DNA of 64,000 bases, taken from positions 186,001 through 250,000 of the forward strand of contig CDROCS010001143.1 in assembly GCA_977020255.1 (NCBI GenBank), given 5' to 3'. The stretch is from Obrimoposthia wandeli (taxonomy: Eukaryota). The notes beneath the pieces were generated by a model. That model was not told where the DNA came from. It did not search any database and was given only the letters and a program-made list of their open reading frames with translations. A program made the position numbers and the translations under genes. Positions 42,388 to 53,500 of this stretch are shown in pieces; the stretch's first letter is position 1; each line of letters opens with the position of its first letter.

Positions 42388-43227
42388 TTACTTTTTCCTA
42401 AGTAATGCTTCTTGATAAAGCGCGTTCTTTTTATCTCCAGTTATTTTGGCCGTTAAAGCACAAGCTTGCTTAACTGGAAGCTCTTCTAGCATCAAATCAA
42501 GGACACGTAATGTCTCGTCACTAAAGCCTTCTTCTAGAACAGGCTCAGCGCCAGAGACCAATACTACAAACTCACCCTTTTGCTGGTTACTATCTGCATT
42601 TATCCACTCAATTAACTCACTGAGCTTAGCGCCGTGAATAGTTTCAAATGTTTTTGTCAACTCTCTCGCTATGACCACATACCTATCAGGCCCCAAAACG
42701 TCCTGCATATCAGCTAGAGAATCAAGGATGCGATGCGTAGATTCATAAAAAATCACCGTGCGCGTATCATTTGCCAAACTTTGTATCTGCTGTTTTCGAC
42801 CAACACGTTTAGCAGGTAAAAAACCCTCAAAAACAAAATTATTAGAAGGCATACCCGCAGCACTTAAAGCGGTCACTAACGCTGAACAGCCTGGAATAGG
42901 AACTACTTTAAATCCTGCTTCACGTACCGCCCTGACCAAAATAAAACCTGGATCAGAGATCAGCGGAGTACCCGCATCAGAAATAAGCGCAACATCTTCT
43001 CCCGCTGATAATTTATTGATAATAGTGACAACTCTTTGTCTTTCATTATGATCATGAACTGATATCATGGGTGTTTTAATGTTAAACTGCGCCAGTAAAC
43101 GGCCGCTGTGACGAGTATCCTCGGCAGCAATTATTGCGACGGATTGCAACACTTCTAAAGCACGGTGGGTGATATCTCCGAGATTACCGATGGGTGTGGC
43201 AACCACGTATAACGTAGTTTCTAACAT
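42388..43227 (-). CDS. rsmI: 16S rRNA C1402 2'-O-methyltransferase
   Basis: LYVVATPIGNL, AEDTR, ISDAGTPLISDPG and RELTKTFE motifs. Confidence 0.97.
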   Translation of the reverse strand: MLETTLYVVATPIGNLGDITHRALEVLQSVAIIAAEDTRHSGRLLAQFNIKTPMISVHDHNERQRVVTIINKLSAGEDVALISDAGTPLISDPGFILVRAVREAGFKVVPIPGCSALVTALSAAGMPSNNFVFEGFLPAKRVGRKQQIQSLANDTRTVIFYESTHRILDSLADMQDVLGPDRYVVIARELTKTFETIHGAKLSELIEWINADSNQQKGEFVVLVSGAEPVLEEGFSDETLRVLDLMLEELPVKQACALTAKITGDKKNALYQEALLRKK

Positions 43228-43257
43228 AATTTCAATCCTACTAGGGTTTAAGTATAT

Positions 43258-45078
43258 ATGACGACTTTTCAACGCTTAGCGATGATAACGCTATTTGCTA
43301 TTTTAGCAACTGCTTGTAGCACTCCAACAACATTAACGCCGGGAGCTTCATCTACAACTCCCAGCAAAGATACTAATCAGCAAATTAATGCACTACTAGT
43401 ACTTTCGCAGACAGCGGCCCCGTTAAAAGCTGCACAGCTGAAACTTCAAGCAGCTAAACTAATGTTGACACAAAGCAGGTTTCAAGAATCAAGTGATTTG
43501 CTAGATAAAGTTGCTATGCAACCCTTGCCTGACACTTTAAAATTTAAGCTTATGATAACTAAAGCAAAGTCAGCTTTGGGCTTAAATAATGGCACACTAG
43601 CAACTAAGCATCTATTAGAGTTACCTGTTAACCTAGATGCTAGCAAAGCGCAATTAAATACAAAATATCTGCTCTTAGCAAAAGCGTATGGCCTAACTAA
43701 CTTTTTAGATAAAGAAGCCGAAGCTCTTATCAACGCCAGTGATTACCTTATTGATATTGAAGCTCGTCTTGCTTTAAACGAAAGAGTATGGAGTGTTTTA
43801 AAAGCGCTTGACGTTAAGCAGCTAGAAAAACTTAACAGCCAAACAGATAACAACTATACATTACGTGGCTGGCTAGCATTAATGCTAATGTTTCAAGAAA
43901 CCCCAAATAGTGAAAAAGTCGTTGCTAACAATTGGCTAAAAAGATGGGTGATACATAGCGCTGCTAGATTTCAGCCACAAGAGCTTGCTGTCTTTTTACA
44001 GAAGGAACCTCTCAACAATAGCTCATACCAATCTTCCCATGTTGTCGTAGCACTTCCCTCTAGTGGCAAATACGCTAAAGGGGCTAAAGCTATTTTACAA
44101 GGCATTAAATTAGCCGCTAAAAACAATGCTAAAAGCCCAAAAATTAGTTATATAGATACTGCAATCTACAGTAGTGCAACTGATATCATCGCCCAGGCGC
44201 AAGCATTACAAGCTAATAACATAATCGGCCCTATTCAAAGAGATCTAGTTTCACAGTTTGCAATTTTCAATACACTGCCAATACCTGTACTTGCCCTCAA
44301 TAATAGCGCAGTCAGTAATAGCAATTTATACCAATACTCCCTTGGGAACGATGACGAAGTGAGAGATGCAGCACAGCGTGCATTTGATGACGGTCGTCGC
44401 AATATGTTACTTTTAGTACCTGACTCAGAACAGGGGTCTCTGGCAAGTAATACCTTTATCAATCACTTTAACTCACTGGGTGGTCAGGTACTTTCGACCA
44501 CGCAGTACGACACTAGTAATGGCACTGTTACTCAATCTATTGCCGAGATGCTAAAACTTAACCAAGGTACTATTAGAGGTTTACAGAAAAAACTCAAAAC
44601 GGCTCATTTACGCGCCGCTATTCGCCGCATGACACGCAAAGATGCCGATGGAATATTTTTATTAGCCAGCGCGGCTGATGCTTATCAAATTGGCCCAAGT
44701 ATTTCTTATTTTTATGCGGACAACATCCCTTTATACGCCACATCCAAAATTTATCGCGGTAAAAATAATGCCGTAAAAGATATAGATTTAAACGGTATGA
44801 TGTTTGGAGATCTTCCTTGGGTGCTATCTGGCAGTACAAACAAACAACAACTTGCTTCGACTGTTGGAAAAACTGAAACGCGCTTTGGCCGTTTATATGC
44901 TTTCGGCATAGATGCTTTGAATTTATCTCCTATGCTATACGAATTGTCAGCTAACCCTGAATCAAGCTATTCAGGCGAAACAGGTAACATTTCTATTTCT
45001 TCAGATAATATTGTACAAAAGAAACTAACTTGGGCGAAATTCCAAGACGGAGTTCCTAGTTTATTAGAGCAACAATAA
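43258..45078 (+). CDS. lpoA: Penicillin-binding protein activator LpoA
   Basis: Lipobox LATAC, IIGP, PVLALN, YATS, RLYAFGIDA and GETG motifs; divergent from rsmI. Confidence 0.88.
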   Translation: MTTFQRLAMITLFAILATACSTPTTLTPGASSTTPSKDTNQQINALLVLSQTAAPLKAAQLKLQAAKLMLTQSRFQESSDLLDKVAMQPLPDTLKFKLMITKAKSALGLNNGTLATKHLLELPVNLDASKAQLNTKYLLLAKAYGLTNFLDKEAEALINASDYLIDIEARLALNERVWSVLKALDVKQLEKLNSQTDNNYTLRGWLALMLMFQETPNSEKVVANNWLKRWVIHSAARFQPQELAVFLQKEPLNNSSYQSSHVVVALPSSGKYAKGAKAILQGIKLAAKNNAKSPKISYIDTAIYSSATDIIAQAQALQANNIIGPIQRDLVSQFAIFNTLPIPVLALNNSAVSNSNLYQYSLGNDDEVRDAAQRAFDDGRRNMLLLVPDSEQGSLASNTFINHFNSLGGQVLSTTQYDTSNGTVTQSIAEMLKLNQGTIRGLQKKLKTAHLRAAIRRMTRKDADGIFLLASAADAYQIGPSISYFYADNIPLYATSKIYRGKNNAVKDIDLNGMMFGDLPWVLSGSTNKQQLASTVGKTETRFGRLYAFGIDALNLSPMLYELSANPESSYSGETGNISISSDNIVQKKLTWAKFQDGVPSLLEQQ

Positions 45079-45383
45079 CTTTAGGTTTTTAATAAAGCTG
45101 CGCGCAGGCCGAGTAAAGACCCTATATTAGGTAAAAATAAGCGAACATTCCAACTTATACATTCCTAAAGTCTAGCTACACAGCTTACTTTAAGGCTAAA
45201 CTATTAGGTTCTGCTTTCATCTATTTAGGTGGGAGCATTTAGGTTACAACTGATACTTTAGCTAGCATTACTGGTCATAAATATACGTATAATAAAAGCC
45301 ACTAGTACTGTCTATTTATGGGTGGATTTAAAAGTAATTACTGACTGCGCAAACCAATTTGAACTTAGGAAGCACTACGGTAA

Positions 45384-45737
45384 ATGAATGAGCAAGGCAA
45401 GCAAGCCGAGAAGCTAGCTTTAAGCTGGCTAAAGAAGCAAAACCTCAGCTTAATACAAAGCAATTACAGCTGCCGATTTGGTGAAATTGATCTAGTCATG
45501 CTCGATGCTTTACAACTGGTATTTATTGAAGTTAGGTTACGATCTAATAGCCGTTTCGGCGGCGCTGCGAACTCAGTGAATTTAAAAAAACAACAAAAAA
45601 TTATCACTACTGCAAAACACTTCTTAATGACTAATCAACAATTCAGCCAACATATTTGTCGATTTGATGTAATAGCATTTGAAAGTAGCTCTGCACAGAG
45701 CACTCCAGTATGGTATAAAGACGCCTTCAGACTTTAG
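45384..45737 (+). CDS. yraN: YraN family protein
   Basis: GEIDLVM, LVFIEVR and CRFDVIA motifs. Confidence 0.93.
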   Translation: MNEQGKQAEKLALSWLKKQNLSLIQSNYSCRFGEIDLVMLDALQLVFIEVRLRSNSRFGGAANSVNLKKQQKIITTAKHFLMTNQQFSQHICRFDVIAFESSSAQSTPVWYKDAFRL

Positions 45738-45747
45738 GATACATTCG

Positions 45748-46338
45748 ATGGAACTCGAAGATCGCATTATAAACCACTTCCATAGTGCCATGGATATAAA
45801 CGCTCATACAATTGAACAATACACACCGTTAATCGCACATGCCAGTGAAGTATTAATTCATTGCCTGTCTTCAGAAAACAAAATTTTATGTGTAGGCAAT
45901 GGTGGCTCTGCCGCTTTAGCACAACACTTTTGTACTTTACTGTTAAGTAGATTTCGCACAGAGAGACCAGGCCTTCCTGCCATGTGCCTAACTGCAGACG
46001 GTAGTGTTTTAACCGCTATCATTGAAGATATTAACTTTAGTGATGTGTACTCAAAACAAATTAGCGCATTCGGCCAACCAGGTGATGTGTTGTTAATGGC
46101 CACTACACACGGTAAGGCCAGCAGTTTAGTACAGGCAATTCAAGCAGCACACGATCGTGAAATGTACGTCGTTTTATTAAATGGTAGCGACGGTGGTGAT
46201 GTTACCGCACTTTTACGCCCTGACGAAGTCGAAATATGCATTCCCTCAAATGACAATATCCTTGTTCATAACACCCAGCTTTTAGTTTTACACTGCCTTT
46301 GCGATCTTATCGATTATCAATTATTTGGAGCCCAATAA
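45748..46338 (+). CDS. Phosphoheptose isomerase / DiaA family SIS protein
   Basis: GNGGSAALAQHF and ERPGLPAMCLT motifs; located between yraN and dolP. Confidence 0.9.
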   Translation: MELEDRIINHFHSAMDINAHTIEQYTPLIAHASEVLIHCLSSENKILCVGNGGSAALAQHFCTLLLSRFRTERPGLPAMCLTADGSVLTAIIEDINFSDVYSKQISAFGQPGDVLLMATTHGKASSLVQAIQAAHDREMYVVLLNGSDGGDVTALLRPDEVEICIPSNDNILVHNTQLLVLHCLCDLIDYQLFGAQ

Positions 46339-46910
46339 TGCGCAACTTTAAAATAGCCTCTATCATCACTCTTGTTACTATTATGAGTGGCTGTGCCTCT
46401 TTAGTGAGCAAGACAACAGATCAACCTATATCCGCAAGCCCAGGCCTTAGAACCGCTGGCACAGTGATTGATGATGAAGTAATCGAGAATAAAATCTTAA
46501 TCAACCTTACCAAAGCTTCTGATCCCGTTAAAAAATCACATATCAATGTCATTAGCTTTAATGAAAACGTGTTATTAGTCGGGCAAGTGCCTAGCGAAGA
46601 AGCAAGAGTGGAAGCGGGTAATATCGCTCAATCTACACGAAAAGTGAAGAGCGTACACAATGAATTACTCGTTGCAGGACCTACTTCACTATTAATTCGC
46701 AGTAATGATACATATTTAACAAGCCGTGCAAAAATAAGCCTACTAGCATCACAAAATGCCAATGGCATACGCATTAAAGTCATTACCGAAAATGGTACTG
46801 TATTCCTTATGGGATTACTAAGACGTTCTGAAGCACAATCTGCTGTAGATGAAATAGTGACCATTTCTGGGGTACGAAAAATAGTAAAAGTGTTTGAATA
46901 TATAGATTAA
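46338..46910 (+). CDS. dolP: Dual-BON-domain lipoprotein (DolP/YraP)
   Basis: Lipobox MSGC, VLLVGQVP and TENGTVFLMG motifs. Confidence 0.9.
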   Translation: MRNFKIASIITLVTIMSGCASLVSKTTDQPISASPGLRTAGTVIDDEVIENKILINLTKASDPVKKSHINVISFNENVLLVGQVPSEEARVEAGNIAQSTRKVKSVHNELLVAGPTSLLIRSNDTYLTSRAKISLLASQNANGIRIKVITENGTVFLMGLLRRSEAQSAVDEIVTISGVRKIVKVFEYID

Positions 46911-46919
46911 ATTATTAAT

Positions 46920-46953
46920 AGACCTTTACTGCATAAATGCAAAGGTCTTTTTT
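46920..46953 (+). terminator. Probable terminator after dolP
   Basis: AGACCTT..TGCAT-AA-ATGCAAAGGTCT followed by T residues. Confidence 0.5.
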
Positions 46954-46985
46954 AAATGAGAAATAAGCTGCTTTTACATTTAAAA

Positions 46986-47136
46986 TCATATGTCTGGTTT
47001 AATTTTTGTTGTTCTATAACTCATTGATTTTACGTTAACAATAAGTGTTAGTTGGCTCAAATAATTCAATTAACTATGCTAGAAAAACACAAATCAATGA
47101 GTAAAGAGCTCACATTTTTTAACCGGACAGCAATGA
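46986..47136. mobile_element. MITE-like inverted-repeat element, family A, copy 2
   Basis: Shares TAACTCATTGATTTTACGTTAA and ACATTTTTTAACCGGACAGCAATGA exactly with 31722-31876. Confidence 0.75.
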
Positions 47137-47167
47137 TTTAAAATACAGTTTAGCAATCAAAAAACAA

Positions 47168-47752
47168 TTAAATCATAACTTTTCGTTGCAGTACAAATTG
47201 CTGTATCTGGGGGAAGAAAGCTATAAACAGCTCCTCCAATTCCTTATTGTACAGTTGAATATCATTGATACATCCACTGAAATTATTTTCAAACCTGATA
47301 CGATTAGCAATGTTATCCAACGCAAATCCCACTCCCTCTATACTGCGATAACTATCAAACCAGTCCTGTGTTATGACTCGCTTAATAACACCAGCCATTG
47401 CGACCGGCATCAATGGGTAGCCAGTTTCTAGCATTTGATAAGTTTGGATCTTAAACTGTTCAAATGAAATCAATGAAAACGCGTCCCAATGTTTAATCAA
47501 GTAATGATCAAATAGCACATCAACTGCAATACCAGCAAAACGTCGCCTAGGTGCTGAAAAACAACTTTTTGCTGTTAAAACCAAAGCGTTTGAATCTGTA
47601 AACTTATCTACTGCACGGTGATTATCTAAACCATTTTTTACAGCAAACGAAAGAGCGCTCTCATCCACTCCTTTACTAAAATCACCCAGCAAATTTCCAA
47701 CTAACGCCTCGGGATCAGCTTCGGATAAAAAGCAGTGAGCAAGAAAGTTCAT
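47168..47752 (-). CDS. acpH: ACP phosphodiesterase
   Basis: MNFLAH, GNLLGDF, HRAVDKFTD and DVLFDHYL motifs. Confidence 0.92.
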   Translation of the reverse strand: MNFLAHCFLSEADPEALVGNLLGDFSKGVDESALSFAVKNGLDNHRAVDKFTDSNALVLTAKSCFSAPRRRFAGIAVDVLFDHYLIKHWDAFSLISFEQFKIQTYQMLETGYPLMPVAMAGVIKRVITQDWFDSYRSIEGVGFALDNIANRIRFENNFSGCINDIQLYNKELEELFIAFFPQIQQFVLQRKVMI

Positions 47753-47776
47753 CCCATATCCTTTTACTAGTAACTA

Positions 47777-48829
47777 TTATAAATCTTCAACATTGACGAC
47801 TTCACCACAACGCTCTGGTGTATAACCTGCCAACTGCGTTACTTGTGATATAAATTCAGAGGATTTTATTTCTGCCAAGAATCGCTGCATCGCCTCCTGC
47901 TGTAAGGTTTTATTATTACATACAAATAAATAGTATTCTGTGGTTAGCGGTATGAAATGTAAAGAGAATTTCTTAGCCGCAGCTTCTACTCCAAAGCCAA
48001 CATCTGCCATACCTGCCGCCACATACGCTGCTATCGCCGAATGCGTATACTCCACGTCGTCAAAGCCATTAATTGATTCTACTGGTAAGTCTTCGCGCTC
48101 TAGCAACTCATCAAATAAATGACGCGTTCCTGAAGCAGGCTCTCGATTAATAAAACGTAAATCTTTATCAATTAAATCCTGCAAATCACCAATATTATGC
48201 TTGTTTTCAGTACTCACCATCAAGCCCATGCGCCGCGTTATAAACCTTACTATTTTATGCGCTCGCGGGCGCAAATGGCGCAAGTACTTCGTTAAATATT
48301 TCGCATCTCTCAACTCTACTGGTAAATGAAAACCAGCCACATCACACTGCCCTCTGTTTAAGGCAATCAATGCTTCTTCTACCTCTGTATACTGTAAGTT
48401 TAATTGATAGTTTTCAGCAAAATTGGGTAGTAGTTCAACTGCATAGCCAAAGCTTGCATACATGTTCAGTAACGGTTTAACCCCCTTAAGGCTGCGCTGG
48501 ATTTCTAAGTTTATTTCAGAGGCGAAGCTTTTTAACTGCGGCTCTAACCTAGCAATAAGGCGCTGCTGAGCCCAAAGTAATTTTTTACCTAGCGGGGAGA
48601 GCGTCGCCCCACGTCCTTTTTGTAAATGCACTAACTCACAACCAAAGAATCCAGCCCAGTGATGCAGAATATTCCAACTATGCCGATAAGATATACCGAC
48701 TTGTTTTGCCGCTAAAGTTAGCTTTCCCTGCTCATGAATAGCGCTAATCAGCAAAAACAACTGTGGATCTAAACGGCTACCGCTCTCATCTTTAAAAGTC
48801 CAAGCAGGCTCGACACTAATACGTTTCAT
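47777..48829 (-). CDS. ModE-type wHTH plus periplasmic-binding-like domain regulator (FdsR-like)
   Basis: AAKQVGISYRHSW HTH; FINREPASGTR and ADVGFGV oxyanion-binding-like motifs. Confidence 0.8.
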   Translation of the reverse strand: MKRISVEPAWTFKDESGSRLDPQLFLLISAIHEQGKLTLAAKQVGISYRHSWNILHHWAGFFGCELVHLQKGRGATLSPLGKKLLWAQQRLIARLEPQLKSFASEINLEIQRSLKGVKPLLNMYASFGYAVELLPNFAENYQLNLQYTEVEEALIALNRGQCDVAGFHLPVELRDAKYLTKYLRHLRPRAHKIVRFITRRMGLMVSTENKHNIGDLQDLIDKDLRFINREPASGTRHLFDELLEREDLPVESINGFDDVEYTHSAIAAYVAAGMADVGFGVEAAAKKFSLHFIPLTTEYYLFVCNNKTLQQEAMQRFLAEIKSSEFISQVTQLAGYTPERCGEVVNVEDL

Positions 48830-49239
48830 ACTTCTCTCGCTGGGGATGTAAAGACAAGAAACTACACTTTTTATAACCTATGAACAAGTGGCTCTTAGCA
48901 CAATATAGGCAAAGACCCGTTAGTTCAAAGGTCATCTAGATTTAACAACAATGTCCTTTAAACTGATAACTAGCTAAAAAAACAATCTACTGCTCAACAC
49001 TCCCTATATTTTGATAGCTTCTTTAAAACACCAAAAGCAAAATACATTCTATTCTACAAGATATTGCAGATGCCGTTTTTATAGCGTTACACATTAACAC
49101 CTACATCCTATCATCTTGACTTAAAAGCGATAACGTAATTTTTCTGAAGATGTATTTACATAGACATTTTAGCCAAGTTCGCTATACTTATCCGACCTAT
49201 CAGCTATTTAACATAGCGACAAAATTTGGAATACACTGT

Positions 49240-50358
49240 ATGAAAACACGACTCTTATGTAGTTTATTATCGCTACTGCCCTTCGCTCTTTTTGCTGCTG
49301 AAAAAGGTCAACCCAAAGCTAAAACTATACCCGTCATGGTCGTTCAAATCAGTAGTGATTCCGCTTCTATTAGCCAAAATTTCCCCGGTAGAGTCAGCGC
49401 TTTTCGCACAGCTCAGGTAAGAGCTAGAGTCACTGGTATAGTTGAGAAACGTGTATTTGAGGAAGGCTCGAAAATCGTTGCTGGGCAAGTTTTATTTCAA
49501 ATAGAAAACCGCAGTTTACGGGCAACGCTACGTGCAGCTAAAGCGGATGTAGCGAATGCTAATGCCGCTTACAATTTGTCTAGACAAACACTCGCACGCT
49601 ATAAAAAACTTTTAGACATAGGCGCTGTAAGCCGCCAAGAATATGATGCTAATCGTGCTCAAAATCAACAATCAAAAGCACAAGTACAACAAGCTAAAGC
49701 TAACTTAGAAATTGCGCAAATTAATTTAGATTACTCCACCGTTATAGCACCCATTGATGGGCGAATCGATAGAGCACTTGTCACTGAAGGGGCGTTAGTC
49801 ACTAAGGACTCTACACAGCTCGCCACCATAGAACAAATCGGTAAAGTGTATATTGATTTTTCAAAACCCAGCGCGAGTGGCCCACAAACATCTAACATAA
49901 ATAGTGATACAGCCGTAGAAGTACTTTTTAGCGATGGCACGGTCTACCCGCACAAGGCCCGGCTTGAATTTTCTTCGATGAGTGTCGATCAAGCAACTGG
50001 GGCTATCTCTTTACGCGCAGTAGTAGATAATCCAAATTTTTCGTTACTTCCAGGTATGTTTGTGAGGGTCAAAGTACCTACTGCTGGTAGCAACCAACTA
50101 AAAGTACCGCAAAAAGCGGTTATTATTGGTGCACAAGGTGCCGTTGTGTTCTTAGTTAAAGATAAAAAATTAGCAGCCACACCTGTCAAGCTAGGTGCAA
50201 TGAATGGAGCTAGCTGGTTTGTTCAATCAGGATTAAAAGACGGTGATAGGGTTGTTGTTAGCGACACCACTATTTTAAGCACTATCCCCGGTGCTAGTTT
50301 TATAGGGATGACCGCTGCTGAAATGCAAGCTGCAGGTATGGCAAAAAAATCGCAGTAA
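49240..50358 (+). CDS. RND efflux membrane fusion protein
   Basis: AQVRARVTGIV, VIAPIDGRI and LLPGMFVR motifs. Start chosen at MKTRLL. Confidence 0.92.
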   Translation: MKTRLLCSLLSLLPFALFAAEKGQPKAKTIPVMVVQISSDSASISQNFPGRVSAFRTAQVRARVTGIVEKRVFEEGSKIVAGQVLFQIENRSLRATLRAAKADVANANAAYNLSRQTLARYKKLLDIGAVSRQEYDANRAQNQQSKAQVQQAKANLEIAQINLDYSTVIAPIDGRIDRALVTEGALVTKDSTQLATIEQIGKVYIDFSKPSASGPQTSNINSDTAVEVLFSDGTVYPHKARLEFSSMSVDQATGAISLRAVVDNPNFSLLPGMFVRVKVPTAGSNQLKVPQKAVIIGAQGAVVFLVKDKKLAATPVKLGAMNGASWFVQSGLKDGDRVVVSDTTILSTIPGASFIGMTAAEMQAAGMAKKSQ

Positions 50359-50535
50359 TATAGTTTAATCACAAATGCTTGATAACAAGCCTTTGTACCA
50401 TAAGGTTTTACGTTTAATAGGTGCTACCAAAATGCTTTTTATATTAACAATAAAAGCGTGTGCACTGTATAAATGAATTATCGTTTAATTAAATTTATTA
50501 GTTAAGTTTATTATTTAATTTTTCAAGAGGCTGAC

Positions 50536-53500
50536 ATGCCACAGTTTTTTATAGATCGACCAAAATTTGCCTGGGTTATTGCTATCTTGATTTCGATAGC
50601 CGGTTACCTAGCGTTACAACAATTACCCATTTCGGCTTACCCAAGCATAGCACCTCCTCAAGTAACTATTAATGCAGTATATCCGGGCGCATCGGCAAAA
50701 ACCATTGAGGATACAGTAACCAGCGTTATCGAAAGTGAAATGAACGGCATTGATGGACTCAAGTACATATCTTCAGAGTCAAGCCGTGCTGGTACTGCTT
50801 CTATTAAACTAACTTTTGAAACAGGTACTGACACTAGCATTGCCGGTGTTGATATACAAAACCGTCTCAAGCGCGTTGAATCCAACTTACCGGCTGCAGT
50901 GACTCAACAAGGCGTAAAAATAGATAAAACGCGCCCTGATTTTTTAATGATTCTGGCGCTTTACTCACCTAAAGGCACTTATGACGCAACGGCGTTAGCC
51001 GATTATATTGACGCCAATATTCTTGGAGAAATTCGCAGAGTTGAAGGTATTGGCTCTGCTAACCTGTTCGGCTCAAAGTATGCAATGCGTATTTGGCTTG
51101 ATCCTAAAAAAATGGCCTCTTTTAGCATTACCTATACAGAAGTTGTCAACGCATTACGTACCCAAAATGCACAGCTTGCGACAGGAGAGCTCGGTGCACT
51201 TCCCTCTCCTTCTATACAACAACTTAACGCCACTGTCATCGTTCCCTCACGTATTTCAACCGCTGCTGAATTTGGCAATGTAATCTTACGTTCATCCTCT
51301 CAGGGAGCCGTTGTACACTTACGCGATGTTGCGCGTGTAGAACGTGGCGCGCAAAGCTATGCCACTCAAGTAGTGCTTAATGGCCAATCAGCCGCCGCTT
51401 TCTCTACTAAGCTATCAAGCACCGGTAATGCTTTACTTGCTGCACAAGCGATTAAAAATAAGATGGATGAACTCAAAGAGTTTTTCCCTGAAGACATTGA
51501 ATGGATGTCTCCATATGATACATCGCTATTTGTCGATGTTTCTATCGAAGAGGTGAAAGAGACACTGCTGATAGCTATTGCGCTTGTGACCCTGGTGATG
51601 TTCGTATTTTTACAAAATTGGCGCACCACTATTATCCCGTTAATCGTTGTTCCTATATCATTAATAGGTACCGCTATTGGCTTATACTTATTGAATTTTT
51701 CACTGAATATGCTGACTCTTTTTGGCATGGTGCTCGCCATCGGGATTGTAGTAGATGACGCCATACTAGTAGTAGAGAATATTCAACGCTTGATGGAAGA
51801 AGAGGGCCTGTCACCCTATCAAGCCACTAAAAAATCTATGCGCCAAATTAGTGGTGCGGTGATAGGCACCACCGCCGTGTTAGTGGCTGTGTATGTTCCT
51901 ATGGCCTTTATCAGTGGTTCTGTCGGGCAAATTTATCAACAGTTCTCAATGACTATTATTGTCTCTGTGGTTATTTCATCTTTCTTAGCACTGTCACTCA
52001 CACCCGCTATTGCACAAGGGTTACTTAGAGCGAAAAAGAACAATAAAAACACTAGTCCAGGCCCTATCGCTCGTGCTTTAAGTTTGCCAGGGCGAGTGTT
52101 TAATAACCTTTTTGCCAAACTCACTAGCTTGTATATGCGCTTAGTTAAAGCAATGTTAACCACCGTTGGCTTAATTATTTCAATGTTGTTATTCATTGCG
52201 ATTGGCGTTTATGATTATCAACAATTTAACAGTTTACCTAAAGGCTTTGTTCCCTCTGAAGATCAAGGTTTTATTGTTACAGGCTCGCTACTTCCTTCAG
52301 GCGCAACTCAATCTAGAACTAAAGCACTGTCTGAAAAAACCGATGCATGGCTTAGAGCGCAACCTGAAGTAAAAGATATCATCACAGTATTAGGCTTTGG
52401 TTTCTTGGGCTCTGGACAAAACACATCGATTACTTTCGCCAATCTACACCCTTGGGCACAGCGTACCGCCAAAGGACAAAGAGATGCCGACACTCTAGTA
52501 GCCAATACTTCAAAGGCGTTTCAACGCTTTATTGGCGATGGAATTGTATTTGCCTTTAACATGCCGCCAATTCCCGGTTTAGGTAATGACAATGGTTTTG
52601 ATTTTAGACTACAAGATCGCAGTGGCAGTAGTGATTTAAATTTATTGACCCAAGCAACCTATCAACTAATGGGGTTGGCGGCAAAAGCGCCTGATAAAGT
52701 GGTAGGGCTAAGGCCAAACACTCTCCCACCTGCTCCACAGTTGAAAATTGATATTGATAGAGTAAAAGCTCGATCGTTAGAGATCGATTTAGAAAATCTA
52801 AACTCTACTTTACAAGTGGCTATGGGCTCAGCTTATGTAAACGACTACATCGAAAGCGGAAAAGTACATCAAGTGTGGGTACAGGCAGATCAAGAGACCC
52901 GCTCCAGTGAAGAAGGCATAATGAGTTTGCAAATTCGTAACACTCTAGGTGGTTTAGTTGATTTAAAAGAAATAGCGACCGCTACCTGGGTACAAGGGCC
53001 CGCCAAGCTTACTCGCTATAATGGCGTACCTTCTATGCCTATAAGTGGTAGCCCAGCGCCTGGCGCGAGTAGTGGCGATGCTCTGGCTGCAATGGAAGCT
53101 TTCGCAGCTCAACTACCCAAAGGTATAAGCTATGAGTGGTCGGGACAATCTTTAGAGGAAAAAATTTCCGGTGGCCAAACACTGTTTGTTTTCAGCTTAT
53201 CCATTGTCATCGTTTTCTTAGTATTAGTGGCACTCTATGAAAGCTGGGCGGTGCCTATATCCGTCATGTTAGTTGTGCCATTAGGTGTGCTAGGTTGTGT
53301 TCTTGCAGTCGCTATGCAAGGTATGAACAACGATGTTTACTTTACCGTAGGCTTAATCACAATTATTGGCTTATCTACTAAAAACGCCATTGTAATCGTT
53401 GAGTTTGCTAGAGATTTGCAACACGAAGGAAAAAATGCCTACGATGCCGTTATTGAGGCGTGTAAGCTGCGTTTCAGACCTATTTTAATGACTTCATTTG

